From an uncultured virus (IMG/VR IMGVR_UViG_3300027801_001720) (Duplodnaviria; Heunggongvirae; Uroviricota; Caudoviricetes), in the IMG/VR virus record IMGVR_UViG_3300027801_001720: a DNA stretch of 64,000 nt, one strand, 5' to 3'. The translations under genes and the position numbers were made by a program. The notes beneath the pieces were generated by a model, which was given only the letters and a program-made list of their open reading frames with translations, was not told where the DNA came from and did not search any database. Position 1 is the stretch's first letter. Each line of letters starts with the position of its first letter. Positions 19,140 to 29,311 of the stretch are shown in pieces.

Positions 19140-20278
19140 TCGTATTCCCTATATAGATGTAAATCATTCAAGTTATAAGTTCTGATAAATGGGTCGCCTG
19201 GCTCTAATAATTTTACTGGTCTTGCCATAGGCACCCAATACTCACGCATTGTGAATGGTGGTGCATTATAAGGTCTATTATAATATACATGTTTTACATC
19301 TTCATAACTTAATTTGTTATCTGCATCGCAACTTATCATATGATATTCAAACAGTTGTCCATTTATTTCTGCAACAAATCTATGAAACATATCTGTTTTA
19401 AACTTAAATGTGCCATACAACCAACCGCTACCTAAATCAAATGTGAGTCCACGTGGTAGGTCTGTTCCCATTGTTATAGCAGAAGGGTCTGTGAAGTTTT
19501 CTAATTCAATACCTCCGTATAATATGCTAACATGGTCACCTGGTCGAACTGGTAATAAGTGTTCTCCTGCACAATAACGTAAATTGGATACAGGGTTAAA
19601 TTCATACTGCTTAGGTTCATTAGACGGCGTCTGTGCAAGTCTGAGAGGCCAAGGAGCGTTACGGATACTGCTGTCGCTATAGTAATCTAATGTGTATTCT
19701 AGCTCTAATTCTTTATCAAGCATTAGTTCACAAACTGTGTGAACTGCTTCATTACTGTTTGGTTGATTAGGTAACGTTACATCATATACATCAATCCAGT
19801 TCTGATAATAGCCATTATATTTTCCGCCACCAACTCTGATAACTCCATCAACGCCTACTGGGCTAATGTCTAATACAGGTAAATCATGATTACCACCTGC
19901 ACAAACAACTAAATTACCAGCTTTAAGTAACTGCTCTATACGATAATCTACTATGTAGTTACGGTCCATTTGCCATGAAAAGCATAATATCTGGGCTGGT
20001 AATCCTTCTAAAAGATCCAGTTTTTCTATAAGTGGTGCAAGTGTATCTTCGGTTAGAACAGCCGTGTAAGGTGCTGTAAGACGCTCATAGACGTCAATGT
20101 AAGCACAATCTTCGTTACTTGCCATACTTACCACTGAATAATTATCTGTTATGTAGCCTATTGTATCGTATTCAGTGATATTGCAGTCTATAAGGTAAGT
20201 GTCATGTCGAAAAGATTGTATTATATCGACAGGAAATGATGATGTGTCGATGTGTTCGCTAAATTGAATTATAAGCAT
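19136..20278 (-). CDS. subtilase (S8)-like protein lacking catalytic motifs, with Ig-like C-terminal segment
   Basis: GNLVVCAGGN, SPVGVDGVIRVGG, LPRGLTFDLGSGWLYGT; no DTG/HGT/GTS. Confidence 0.55.
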   Translation of the reverse strand: MLIIQFSEHIDTSSFPVDIIQSFRHDTYLIDCNITEYDTIGYITDNYSVVSMASNEDCAYIDVYERLTAPYTAVLTEDTLAPLIEKLDLLEGLPAQILCFSWQMDRNYIVDYRIEQLLKAGNLVVCAGGNHDLPVLDISPVGVDGVIRVGGGKYNGYYQNWIDVYDVTLPNQPNSNEAVHTVCELMLDKELELEYTLDYYSDSSIRNAPWPLRLAQTPSNEPKQYEFNPVSNLRYCAGEHLLPVRPGDHVSILYGGIELENFTDPSAITMGTDLPRGLTFDLGSGWLYGTFKFKTDMFHRFVAEINGQLFEYHMISCDADNKLSYEDVKHVYYNRPYNAPPFTMREYWVPMARPVKLLEPGDPFIRTYNLNDLHLYREYE

Positions 20279-20306
20279 AGTGTTACTTATCTATGCTAAG
20301 AGGGGT

Positions 20307-20570
20307 TTAACCGGCAAATACGGTACTGGCACCATTAGCCGTATGTTGGCATGAAGCGGCATCGCCGGCTCTAACAACAGGCTTTCCATTTGCAAATACT
20401 GTTCCACTTGCTCCTACCATAGTAGGTGCATTATGTGGTGCTTTGCCGTGTGCGGCAATGTTGTCTCCTTTAAGAGATACTCTGGCACCTTCAGCCTTAA
20501 CTGTGGGTGCTCCGGGACCGATTATTACGCCCCCTGCTTGATTTTTTGTTACTCTAGATATTGCTGGCAT
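20307..20570 (-). CDS. PAAR-domain tail spike tip protein (gp5.4-like)
   Basis: MPAISRV, H..H, TVFANGKPVVRAGD..C.H, STVFAG. Confidence 0.9.
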   Translation of the reverse strand: MPAISRVTKNQAGGVIIGPGAPTVKAEGARVSLKGDNIAAHGKAPHNAPTMVGASGTVFANGKPVVRAGDAASCQHTANGASTVFAG

Positions 20571-20592
20571 ACATTTATTTATGCCAAAATTA

Positions 20593-21111
20593 TTAGTGAC
20601 TAGCCTCTAGCTCTACTTTAAGTTTAGGATCCTTAGCATCGAACCAGCCATTAGCAACCTTGTACTGACATTTATAGTCACTACGCTCTGAACCTGCTAA
20701 TGGAATCCATTGTTCAGCCTTGCTGATAATTCCTCGTGTCCAGAAGTTGTCCTCATCACGTGGAGTGTGATTAGTCTGTGCTAACCATCTGTCTCCGCCC
20801 CAACGGAACTGGATTGGTGTTTCCCAATGGTCACATATTGGACCTTTATCGTCACCGTCTTTACCTAGGTCACGGATTTCCCAATCTAGGATGTATTCCT
20901 CAGACGCTGGATTTGAATACTCAATCAAATCAGTCAACGTAGGAATACCCTTATCAACAATCTTGTTGATTTGCTCTGACGTTAAGTCAGCAACAAAGTA
21001 AGTGCTACCACCCTTGAACTTCCAATAAGGATCAGAAGTACCATGCACATAACCTTCGTCATGAGCCGCATAATTCTCTCTATATTGGGTGTGTATTACT
21101 AATGTTTGCAT
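20593..21111 (-). CDS. hypothetical phage protein
   Basis: ORF track; GGAG SD; own sigma70 promoter. Confidence 0.7.
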   Translation of the reverse strand: MQTLVIHTQYRENYAAHDEGYVHGTSDPYWKFKGGSTYFVADLTSEQINKIVDKGIPTLTDLIEYSNPASEEYILDWEIRDLGKDGDDKGPICDHWETPIQFRWGGDRWLAQTNHTPRDEDNFWTRGIISKAEQWIPLAGSERSDYKCQYKVANGWFDAKDPKLKVELEASH

Positions 21112-21146
21112 AAAAACTCCTACTTAATTATTTAAACTATGTACAT

Positions 21147-21175
21147 AGTATACTAAATTTAGGGGTCTAAGTCAA
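21147..21175 (-). promoter_or_regulatory. sigma70-type promoter
   Basis: TTGACT-N17-TATACT. Confidence 0.65.
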
Positions 21176-21600
21176 CCTTTTTTACCACTTTTTTTGGTAT
21201 TTTCGTAGATTTCAAGTGTTTCTTCGTAGTTTTTGCCATAATCAACAGCAAAAAATGTACCATTTCCGCCGTTCTCTACTATACCTTTGTGCTTACTTTG
21301 GCTGTTAATAACCATGCTATCGCCATAGTTTAACACACTAGTACCATATTCAGTTACCAGTGTCATAGGAACATCTGATATATACCAAACTATGTGTGCT
21401 TGTCTTGGTGGTGAATCTGTGTGGGTTGGGGTTTGACCTTTTACTGTTTCTAATGTAAGTACACTATCGTTATCAAGTAGCAGTTCTTCTTTTACAAAAT
21501 TAGGAAAGTTACTTCTATCTAGAATAGTTGTTTCGTACATGTTATACGATATAGTAGGTTTTGAATATGGCAAGTCTTTAATGAATGCCAACGTTTTCAT
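21172..21600 (-). CDS. small cupin/2OG oxygenase-like protein
   Basis: PTHTD...KHKG. Confidence 0.5.
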   Translation of the reverse strand: MKTLAFIKDLPYSKPTISYNMYETTILDRSNFPNFVKEELLLDNDSVLTLETVKGQTPTHTDSPPRQAHIVWYISDVPMTLVTEYGTSVLNYGDSMVINSQSKHKGIVENGGNGTFFAVDYGKNYEETLEIYENTKKSGKKG

Positions 21601-21602
21601 GC

Positions 21603-22700
21603 TTAAAGCGAAAAGCCTTTAAACGTGTCGTTGTCTACATCTTGTTTTGTGCCGCCAATAACATAACTACTAATTTCGGTCTCTTGTGGTGCTACTTGAA
21701 CACTACTGCCTGTTATCCATGCTTGGGTCCAAGGTAGAGGATTTGTTCCTGTGTTAAACGGTGATTCTAATTGTACTGCTCTCATTCTCTTGCCAGCAAT
21801 AAATTCTACATACTGCTTTAACAGTTCTGCATTTAGTCCAATAATACTTCCGTCTTTAAATAAGTAATCTGCCCAAACCTTTTCTTGCTCAACAGCATCT
21901 AAAAACATTTGAGTACATTCTTCTTTTAACTCTACTGCAATCTTGGCATAGTCTTTGTCGTCTTGTGGTAGCAGTTTTAACATCTGCTGAGTACTTGCTA
22001 AGTGAACATTTTCATCTCTAGCAATAAGTTTAATAATTTTTGCATTGCCTTCCATTTTCTTGAGTTCCGCAAAGGCCCAACTACATGCAAAGGATACATA
22101 AAAACGTACACCCTCTAATATGTTTACACTCATCAAACATTTGTACAATGCTTTCTTGTGGTCATACTCGTTGTAACTTTGTAAGCCACGTTCTCTAGCA
22201 TAATTCATTTCTATTAACTTATCATAATTTTCAGTAATAGCATCTGAACAATCTGTAATTTCTTTAATACTTAACATCTCATCAAAAACTTTGCTGGGGT
22301 CAGGATATACATTTCTAATAATGTGTGTATAACTTCTGCTGTGAATAGTTTCACTGAATGCCCAAGTCTCAATCCAGGTTTCTAATTCTGGTACACTTAC
22401 TATTGGTAATAATGCTAAGTTAGGTGAACGACCTTGTACACTATCAAGTAGTATTTGTCTTTTTAAATTACTTGTAAAAATATGTCTTTCAAAATCTGTT
22501 AGGTCTTTAAAGTCTTTTGCATCTTTGGTAATGTCTACTTCTTCAGGTCTCCAAAAGAAGCCAAGTTGCTTTTCAGTTAGTTTTTCAAACTGTTTATATT
22601 TTACTACATCAAATCGCTGAATGTTAGGACCGCCTTGTGGGTCTAAGAACATAAATGCCTTAGTGTGATGTTTTTTGTTTTTTGCATTAAATACTGTCAT
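21603..22700 (-). CDS. nrdB: class Ia ribonucleotide reductase beta subunit
   Basis: FFWRPEEVD, ETIHSRSY, EGVRFYVSFACS, DENVH, VAPQETEISSY. Confidence 0.97.
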   Translation of the reverse strand: MTVFNAKNKKHHTKAFMFLDPQGGPNIQRFDVVKYKQFEKLTEKQLGFFWRPEEVDITKDAKDFKDLTDFERHIFTSNLKRQILLDSVQGRSPNLALLPIVSVPELETWIETWAFSETIHSRSYTHIIRNVYPDPSKVFDEMLSIKEITDCSDAITENYDKLIEMNYARERGLQSYNEYDHKKALYKCLMSVNILEGVRFYVSFACSWAFAELKKMEGNAKIIKLIARDENVHLASTQQMLKLLPQDDKDYAKIAVELKEECTQMFLDAVEQEKVWADYLFKDGSIIGLNAELLKQYVEFIAGKRMRAVQLESPFNTGTNPLPWTQAWITGSSVQVAPQETEISSYVIGGTKQDVDNDTFKGFSL

Positions 22701-25004
22701 TTATATTTTACAACTGTCGCAATCGTCCTCGTCGAGCATTGCATCACTAGATTCTATAAATTCTGGTGTTGCTTCTGCGTTCATTTTGTTTATATCAATC
22801 TCGCCTTGTCCATCGTGTGTATTGTTATAGTATAGTTGCTTTCCACCATATTTATAAAACATGATTAAATGTTGTAACAACATACTCATAGGCACTTTCT
22901 CTTCTGGATAGTGTTCCGGATTGTAAGATGTATTTACCGAAATGCCTTGGTCAATGTACTTTTGTAGAACAGCCATAATCTTCAAATAGCCTTCTGGGCT
23001 CTTTTGTTCCCACAATAGGTCATACTTGTTTTTAAGTCTAGGGAAACCAGGTACTACTTGTTTTAGCACACCATGTTTACTTTGCTTAATACTTACATAA
23101 CTTCTTGGCGGTTCAATACCGTTTGTACTGTTACTAATTTGTGCTGATGTTTCAGCTGGCATTAATGCCATTAACGTACTATTCCTAATACCATGTTCTT
23201 TTAAGTCTGCTCTAAGTGTTTTCCAATCAGCACGTTCTTGGTGCTTAACTAATTCATCTACGTCTTTCTTATATGTTTGGTTAGGTGTAATTCCTTGTCC
23301 GTACTTTGTTTCATGGCTTAGAGGACATGCACCTTTCTCTTTTGCTAAATCATTACTTGCTTTAATTAAGTAGTAACTCCATGCTTCTGTCCATGTGTCT
23401 ACCATTTGTAAATCTGGTTCTTGATATGTAGTACCATTCTTTGCTAACCAATATGCAAAGTTAATAATACCAATACCTAAAGGACGTCTATTCATTGTGC
23501 TACGTCTTGCCGCATCAATTGGATACTCTTGATAATCTAATAATTCGTCTAATGCTCTAACGGCTAAATCACATACGTTTTCTAATTGTTCTAAACTTCT
23601 AATAGACCCCCAATTAATAGCACTTAATGTACACAAACTAATTTCTCCATCTGGATCATTAATATCTTTTAATGGCTTAGTTGGTAAGTTAATTTCGCAA
23701 CACAAATTACTTTGTCTAATAGGTGCTATATCTTCTAAGAATGAGCCATGTGTATTTGCATGGTCAACATTCATTAGGTATAATCTACCTGTATCTTTTC
23801 TTTCTTGTACAAACGAACTAAACAATTCTACTGCTGAAATCGTCTTCTTTCTGATACTTGTTTTACGTTCTGCTTGTTCGTATAGCTCTTTAAATTTCTC
23901 TTGGTCGTTAAAGAATGCTTGATATACTTCTGGTACATCATGTGGGGAGAACAATGTAATGTTTCCACCACTTAATAATCTTTCGTACATTAGTTTATTA
24001 AATTGTACACCATAGTCCATATGACGTACTCTGTTATCTTCTGTACCTTTGTTGTTTTTGAGAACTAACATGTCCTCAATTTCTAAATGCCAAATAGGAT
24101 AGTATAATGTAGCCGCTCCGCCTCTTACTCCACCTTGTGAGCATGACTTAACTGCTGACTGGAATAACTTGTAGAATGGTATAACTCCTGTATGAGTTGC
24201 ATCGCCACTTCTAATTTTAGAACCTATAGCTCTAATACTACCAGCGCCAATACCAATACCTGCTTTTTGACTTACATACTTGACAATACTACTACTTGTA
24301 GCATTAATACTATCTAAACTGTCATCTGTTTCAATTAAAACACATGAACTAAATTGTCGTTGTGGTGTTCTAACTCCAGCCATAACTGGCGTAGGCAAAG
24401 AAATTTTAAAACGTGAGATAGCATCATAGTATCTTTTAACATAACTAAGTCTAGTTTCTGCTGGATACTTGCTAAACAATGTAGCCGCAATCATCATGTA
24501 TGCTACTTGTGGTGTTTCGAATATCTCACCAGTTGCTCTATTTTGTACTAGGTACTTGCCACGGAATTGTTCCATAGCCGCATAAGTTAAGTACTCGTCT
24601 CTGCTATGGTCTATAAAACTTTGTAATTCGGTAATTTCTTCTTTTGTATAAAGCTCAGTAAACTCTGCATCATAGAAACCTGAATCAATATTCTTTTGAA
24701 CAATATCACACAAACATGGCGGTGTAAATGTTCCGTATACTTGCTTACGCAAATGGTAATTAATTAGTCTACCTGCAACATATTGGTAGTTTGGAGTTTC
24801 TTCTGATATCAAATCTGCGGCACTTTTAATAAGTGTTTCTTGCAAATTCTCTGATTTAATCTTATCGTAAAATTGAATTTTTGAATGTATCTCTACTTGT
24901 GATGCACTTACACCTGTGATGTCTTCACAAGCATACATGACGACTTTATGCAACTTATCAATGTCTATATTTTCTAGTTCGCCGTTTCTTTTTTGTACTT
25001 GCAT
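22701..25004 (-). CDS. nrdA: class Ia ribonucleotide reductase alpha subunit (ATP cone, no intein seen)
   Basis: VQKRNG ATP cone, FSSCVL, SNLCCEI, LYY, C-terminal CDSC. Confidence 0.97.
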   Translation of the reverse strand: MQVQKRNGELENIDIDKLHKVVMYACEDITGVSASQVEIHSKIQFYDKIKSENLQETLIKSAADLISEETPNYQYVAGRLINYHLRKQVYGTFTPPCLCDIVQKNIDSGFYDAEFTELYTKEEITELQSFIDHSRDEYLTYAAMEQFRGKYLVQNRATGEIFETPQVAYMMIAATLFSKYPAETRLSYVKRYYDAISRFKISLPTPVMAGVRTPQRQFSSCVLIETDDSLDSINATSSSIVKYVSQKAGIGIGAGSIRAIGSKIRSGDATHTGVIPFYKLFQSAVKSCSQGGVRGGAATLYYPIWHLEIEDMLVLKNNKGTEDNRVRHMDYGVQFNKLMYERLLSGGNITLFSPHDVPEVYQAFFNDQEKFKELYEQAERKTSIRKKTISAVELFSSFVQERKDTGRLYLMNVDHANTHGSFLEDIAPIRQSNLCCEINLPTKPLKDINDPDGEISLCTLSAINWGSIRSLEQLENVCDLAVRALDELLDYQEYPIDAARRSTMNRRPLGIGIINFAYWLAKNGTTYQEPDLQMVDTWTEAWSYYLIKASNDLAKEKGACPLSHETKYGQGITPNQTYKKDVDELVKHQERADWKTLRADLKEHGIRNSTLMALMPAETSAQISNSTNGIEPPRSYVSIKQSKHGVLKQVVPGFPRLKNKYDLLWEQKSPEGYLKIMAVLQKYIDQGISVNTSYNPEHYPEEKVPMSMLLQHLIMFYKYGGKQLYYNNTHDGQGEIDINKMNAEATPEFIESSDAMLDEDDCDSCKI

Positions 25005-25051
25005 GTGTTTGTCCGTATATTTGTTTGTGTCTAGATATCTTACTCTAGATT

Positions 25052-25080
25052 AGTATAACATTAAACACCCGCGGTGTCAA
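25052..25080 (-). promoter_or_regulatory. sigma70-type promoter for nrdAB
   Basis: TTGACA-N17-TATACT. Confidence 0.7.
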
Positions 25081-25083
25081 TAA

Positions 25084-25509
25084 TTAAATTAAAGGAATGT
25101 AAAGATTTTTAAAATCTTTGAGGGTGATAGATAATGCTCTTAATTCATCTACCGAATTAGTCTGACCTGGGGTCAAATTATACACCTTTCCAGCATGTAT
25201 AAACACGGCGCCATCATTTCCTGTAACATGATTACTTATCACTTTCCAGGTTGTATCGCTAGGATTTAGGTATTTTAAATGACCCAAAGTTTGGTATAAA
25301 ACTATAGCAATTCCAGTGGCACAAAAGTAGCCGTTCTCTACTATATCAAACGCTTTGGGCCAACTATTCGGTGTCCAATAATCTAAATATCTTGCTCGAA
25401 TTTTTACTTGGGAAAGGGCATCGAGGACTTCCACTTCGCTTGTTGCGTTGTGTCTTAAGTCTCTCCATTGTTGTAAACGACGATTGACGTCGCTAGTTTT
25501 TTCAAACAT
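25084..25509 (-). CDS. hypothetical phage protein
   Basis: ORF track; follows the structural gene. Confidence 0.6.
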   Translation of the reverse strand: MFEKTSDVNRRLQQWRDLRHNATSEVEVLDALSQVKIRARYLDYWTPNSWPKAFDIVENGYFCATGIAIVLYQTLGHLKYLNPSDTTWKVISNHVTGNDGAVFIHAGKVYNLTPGQTNSVDELRALSITLKDFKNLYIPLI

Positions 25510-25521
25510 TGTTTCTATGTG

Positions 25522-28197
25522 TTACTGTGACTTCCATCTTCTAACAACATACTTCATCACAACATTACTAGTTGTAGGTGTTAAGTCGTTGTTACATCCA
25601 ATAGCAATAGTACCATTAGCCATGCTGGCTGAGAATGATAAATTACCTGTAATGTTAGCATCTTTATTTTCTGTAGAAATATCGTTAATTGTTACAACAC
25701 CATTAGCAACACCATTTGCTTGTACATCAGCACTTGGATTACCACTGTACATAAGTGTGCCTACTCTATTGTAGTATCTAGAAACATTTGCATTACTAGG
25801 ATCTAGTGTTGTACCTACTAATGAATAATCAACAAATAATGTATCGTATATTGTTGAGTCTGTGCCTAGGTTAGTTAGTGATACATTACCTGTGCCAATT
25901 GTTAATTGCTGTGGCTGTGTAAATGTACTAACTGATTGTCCGCTTTCTTGAGCGGCTGTTGTTAATAATTCTATGTTTGTTTTAACAGTTGTAAGTCCAC
26001 GTTTGTCTGCATTAGATGTATTAAAGTATAACTTGTTTACAATCTCTGCAAAATGTCCTGCTTCGTCATTACTGTTAAAGTCTATTTCGCCATTAGTTGT
26101 ATCTATGTCAACTAACCATGAACCAAATGCTTCTGTGCTATAAGGCTGGTTAATGAATACATTTGAAACAATGTTCACTTTCTCATCACCTAATATGCCT
26201 GAACTTCCTAGTCCATCGTGATTTTTAAACCATTGCTCTAACTTGGATTTAATAGTATTATCTTTTCTAGTAAAGTGTCCTTCTGAAAGACCTAATGCTG
26301 TCCAAGAGTTTACATTATTTTTTGGATCATCAAATAATCTGTACTGCGTTTGGTCTGTGCTATATGTATATATTTGGTCATTAATGTTAGGTATTAAACT
26401 TAATCTTATCCATTGTTGTTTGCCATTTACTAATGCTATTGCACCATTAAGTGAGCTTGTACCTGATAAGTCAAGTAAGTAACCTGGTTTAATACTTAAA
26501 CCATCTGCGTCTGATAAGTTTGTTATAAACGGACTTACATTACCTGTAACATTTGATGCCACACTTGCCGCACTAACAAAGAACGTATTAGTTGTTGTAC
26601 TAACATATTCATCTTGTCCTGTTCTTCCATGTACTGTTTCAACTTCAGTGTTTGCACTTACACCGCCAACTGCTACATTAAATACAACATTTGATGTTGC
26701 TGGCATGCCATGACTTAAACTGAATACTTGTACATTGGCTACATTGTCACCATGGTTAATATAATCTAATCCAGTGCTAACTGCACCTGTTAAAGTTTCT
26801 GTAACTGAGAATGTGCCTGCACCAGTATTAACGCCTAATACAGAATATGGAGCATTTGTAAATTCTGTTGCATTACTACCAACGAATGTTACTTTATCTC
26901 CAATTGCTAAACCTTCTACATTACCAGTAACAGTTTTTGCTCCTGCACCAGTTTGGGTTGTTGTAACTGCTCTTGCAGTTTGGAATACGTTTGCTGGAGT
27001 TTCAACAGTAAATGATGTTCCAACACTATTTGCTTGTATAGGTAATAATTTTTGGTGAAAGTAATGTTGCGTTTCTATTGTAGTGTTACCTGCTGATGAT
27101 GTGCCTGTTTGTCCTTCTAACCAAACATAACCATTATAACCACCACTTGCATTTTCATACTTAGTAAATGCTACACTATCGGCACCCATATCAAATGTAT
27201 TTAATTCTCCGCCATGTACCGTTCCACTTTTAATAGAACTTACATTACTAATTCCACTGTATATCTGTAAACTAGCATTTGCTGGATCTGTTGAATATAA
27301 TGAAGGATCAATAGGATCTTTAACTGCAACTATATTACCTAAAGTTACTGATGCTACATTGGCTATACCACTACCTTCTTGGACAACATCTATGTGCTTA
27401 GTTTCTAAACCAATAAAGCCTGTTCCTGAATCTGGATTAACAAGCACCAATTCTGAATTAAGTTGCCTATATTCCGGTATACTCATTTGTGTATGGAAAC
27501 CAGTTACTGCGGCTCCATTGGCAATAACACTATTTGCAATAGCATGATTAACATGACTGTTGCCATAATATGAAACTGCTACTTCTTGTGAATTAGTAGG
27601 TGCTGTTCTGAAATAAATTGTGTGGCTGTCGCCTGAAGCGTTACCACTTACAAAATTGTAATCGTAAGAAGCATTAACAGTACCGCCAGTACCACTACTG
27701 TCGCCTACTTGTTTCTTACCATCAATTAAAACTGTTACGTCATCTGCATCAAAGGCATTAGCAGTTTGGTTTTGATTAACTACAGCATTGGCTGAATTAG
27801 CCACTGTAGTATCAAATACCGTTCTTGCTACATTGCTATTGTCTGAAAGGTTATATGTACTTGATAAGTTTGCCACCCATGATGCTGATTTACTAACACC
27901 GTCGAACGAACTATTTTTTCCAAATCTAATGTGAGGAACTTCAAATTTAATAATTTGAGTGTTTGCAATATTTAAAGTTGTAGCCTGAGCACCTAATGTA
28001 TTCTCAAGGTAAACTGTTTTATTATAAGTCTTGCTGATATTGTCGGCGGTATCCGCTCCAATATATACTTGCTTACTGTCCGTAGCGAATCCAATTTCAC
28101 CAGGTCTTAATGGATGTGGTAAATCTTGCTTCAGACCTCTTCTTTGCTGAATCCTGCTTATAATAACTTTTAAATTTGCATCGTCTTGGTGTGACAC
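25522..28197 (-). CDS. virion structural / tail-fibre-like protein
   Basis: N-terminal RIQQRRG..DLP..LRPGEIGFATD..VYIG (Mtd/hyaluronidase-N-like); G/S/T/N-rich beta body; ATAAATA at 28228-28234. Confidence 0.7.
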   Translation of the reverse strand: MSHQDDANLKVIISRIQQRRGLKQDLPHPLRPGEIGFATDSKQVYIGADTADNISKTYNKTVYLENTLGAQATTLNIANTQIIKFEVPHIRFGKNSSFDGVSKSASWVANLSSTYNLSDNSNVARTVFDTTVANSANAVVNQNQTANAFDADDVTVLIDGKKQVGDSSGTGGTVNASYDYNFVSGNASGDSHTIYFRTAPTNSQEVAVSYYGNSHVNHAIANSVIANGAAVTGFHTQMSIPEYRQLNSELVLVNPDSGTGFIGLETKHIDVVQEGSGIANVASVTLGNIVAVKDPIDPSLYSTDPANASLQIYSGISNVSSIKSGTVHGGELNTFDMGADSVAFTKYENASGGYNGYVWLEGQTGTSSAGNTTIETQHYFHQKLLPIQANSVGTSFTVETPANVFQTARAVTTTQTGAGAKTVTGNVEGLAIGDKVTFVGSNATEFTNAPYSVLGVNTGAGTFSVTETLTGAVSTGLDYINHGDNVANVQVFSLSHGMPATSNVVFNVAVGGVSANTEVETVHGRTGQDEYVSTTTNTFFVSAASVASNVTGNVSPFITNLSDADGLSIKPGYLLDLSGTSSLNGAIALVNGKQQWIRLSLIPNINDQIYTYSTDQTQYRLFDDPKNNVNSWTALGLSEGHFTRKDNTIKSKLEQWFKNHDGLGSSGILGDEKVNIVSNVFINQPYSTEAFGSWLVDIDTTNGEIDFNSNDEAGHFAEIVNKLYFNTSNADKRGLTTVKTNIELLTTAAQESGQSVSTFTQPQQLTIGTGNVSLTNLGTDSTIYDTLFVDYSLVGTTLDPSNANVSRYYNRVGTLMYSGNPSADVQANGVANGVVTINDISTENKDANITGNLSFSASMANGTIAIGCNNDLTPTTSNVVMKYVVRRWKSQ

Positions 28198-28261
28198 TAT
28201 ATATAACTCCGATAACGTTTATGTATGTATTTATCATTTCTGCAGAAATGAGGAGTGCTAT

Positions 28262-29311
28262 TTATAGTTGGGTAACGAGCTTTCCGAACTTTTTATTAGA
28301 ATCTTGCTCATATATAAAGAATTGGTCTACAAATTGCTGTGGCATAGACTCAATACCGTGATATATTTCATACTGAGGTGCTAGTTTTTCATAGTGTGTC
28401 TCAATAAAATCTAAGTATTCTTGTCTCCATTCATCTATAGAGAACACCCATGCACAACCGTGAATGGTTCCGCCTTTATGAATTAGTGGTTGTATGTTAG
28501 GACCTAAAACGTTAATGCTGGAGTTATAGGTTTTCATAGCACCACAAAGTATTAGATGTGCCTGTGGATTTAATTTTGCTAGTCCTAGCAACATTCTTTC
28601 GGTACACACATTTGCATGGTACTTGTCTATACCATTAGGGAAAGTAGCATTATAAACTTTGTGTATTTTTGCTAGTCCGCCTTGTGCTGGTACTAGTACT
28701 CCTATACCGCCTATACGATTTATGTAATCTACCTTTTCTTGAGTGGAAGTAATGCCATAAACTTCAATACCAGATGCTACTGCCATTTGAATAAACATTT
28801 GTCCAACTCCACCTGTCGCACCATCTATAGCAACTATGTCACCTGGTTGTGGATTTAATACTTTCTTCAATGAGTAATATGCTGTTACACCAACTAAGCC
28901 ATTCATAGAAAGATAATCTAATAACTTTTTATTATCAGGTATAATTGAAACTAGGTCTTCGTTTGATAATCCAGTATTTACTGATGTCGACGATTTTGTA
29001 TTTGATAAAATAGAATGTGTACGCCAACCTCTTCTATGTAATACATTTGTGCCGATTGGGACATCGTCATTCTTACTAGCAATAACAGTTCCTACTGCAT
29101 CGCCTGTTATAGGTTCGCCTGGTTTTGTGTGGAATACATCTCCAGTAATTCCCATCGAAGGTCTAATATATGGATCTGTACTGCAATAGGCATTTTCTAC
29201 TAATACTTCACCTGACTCTAATTCAGGTATTTCTACATCTACAATTTCAAAGTCTTCTACTTTAATCTTGCCTTGTACAGCATTAAGTAATCTAACCTGT
29301 TTTGATATCAT
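28262..29311 (-). CDS. NADP-dependent oxidoreductase (MDR; prostaglandin reductase/CurA-like)
   Basis: YCSTDPYIR, GVTAYY, GATGGVG, ILCGA. Confidence 0.85.
   Translation of the reverse strand: MISKQVRLLNAVQGKIKVEDFEIVDVEIPELESGEVLVENAYCSTDPYIRPSMGITGDVFHTKPGEPITGDAVGTVIASKNDDVPIGTNVLHRRGWRTHSILSNTKSSTSVNTGLSNEDLVSIIPDNKKLLDYLSMNGLVGVTAYYSLKKVLNPQPGDIVAIDGATGGVGQMFIQMAVASGIEVYGITSTQEKVDYINRIGGIGVLVPAQGGLAKIHKVYNATFPNGIDKYHANVCTERMLLGLAKLNPQAHLILCGAMKTYNSSINVLGPNIQPLIHKGGTIHGCAWVFSIDEWRQEYLDFIETHYEKLAPQYEIYHGIESMPQQFVDQFFIYEQDSNKKFGKLVTQL

Noticed and set aside
21603..25004. Inteins or introns in nrdA/nrdB (also checked helicases)
   Set aside because: Lengths and motif spacing are normal; no Hint or homing endonuclease motifs
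25027..25050. TCTAGA-N8-TCTAGA / AGATATCT palindromes upstream of nrdA as an NrdR box
   Set aside because: Only a partial match to the NrdR consensus and no tandem second box
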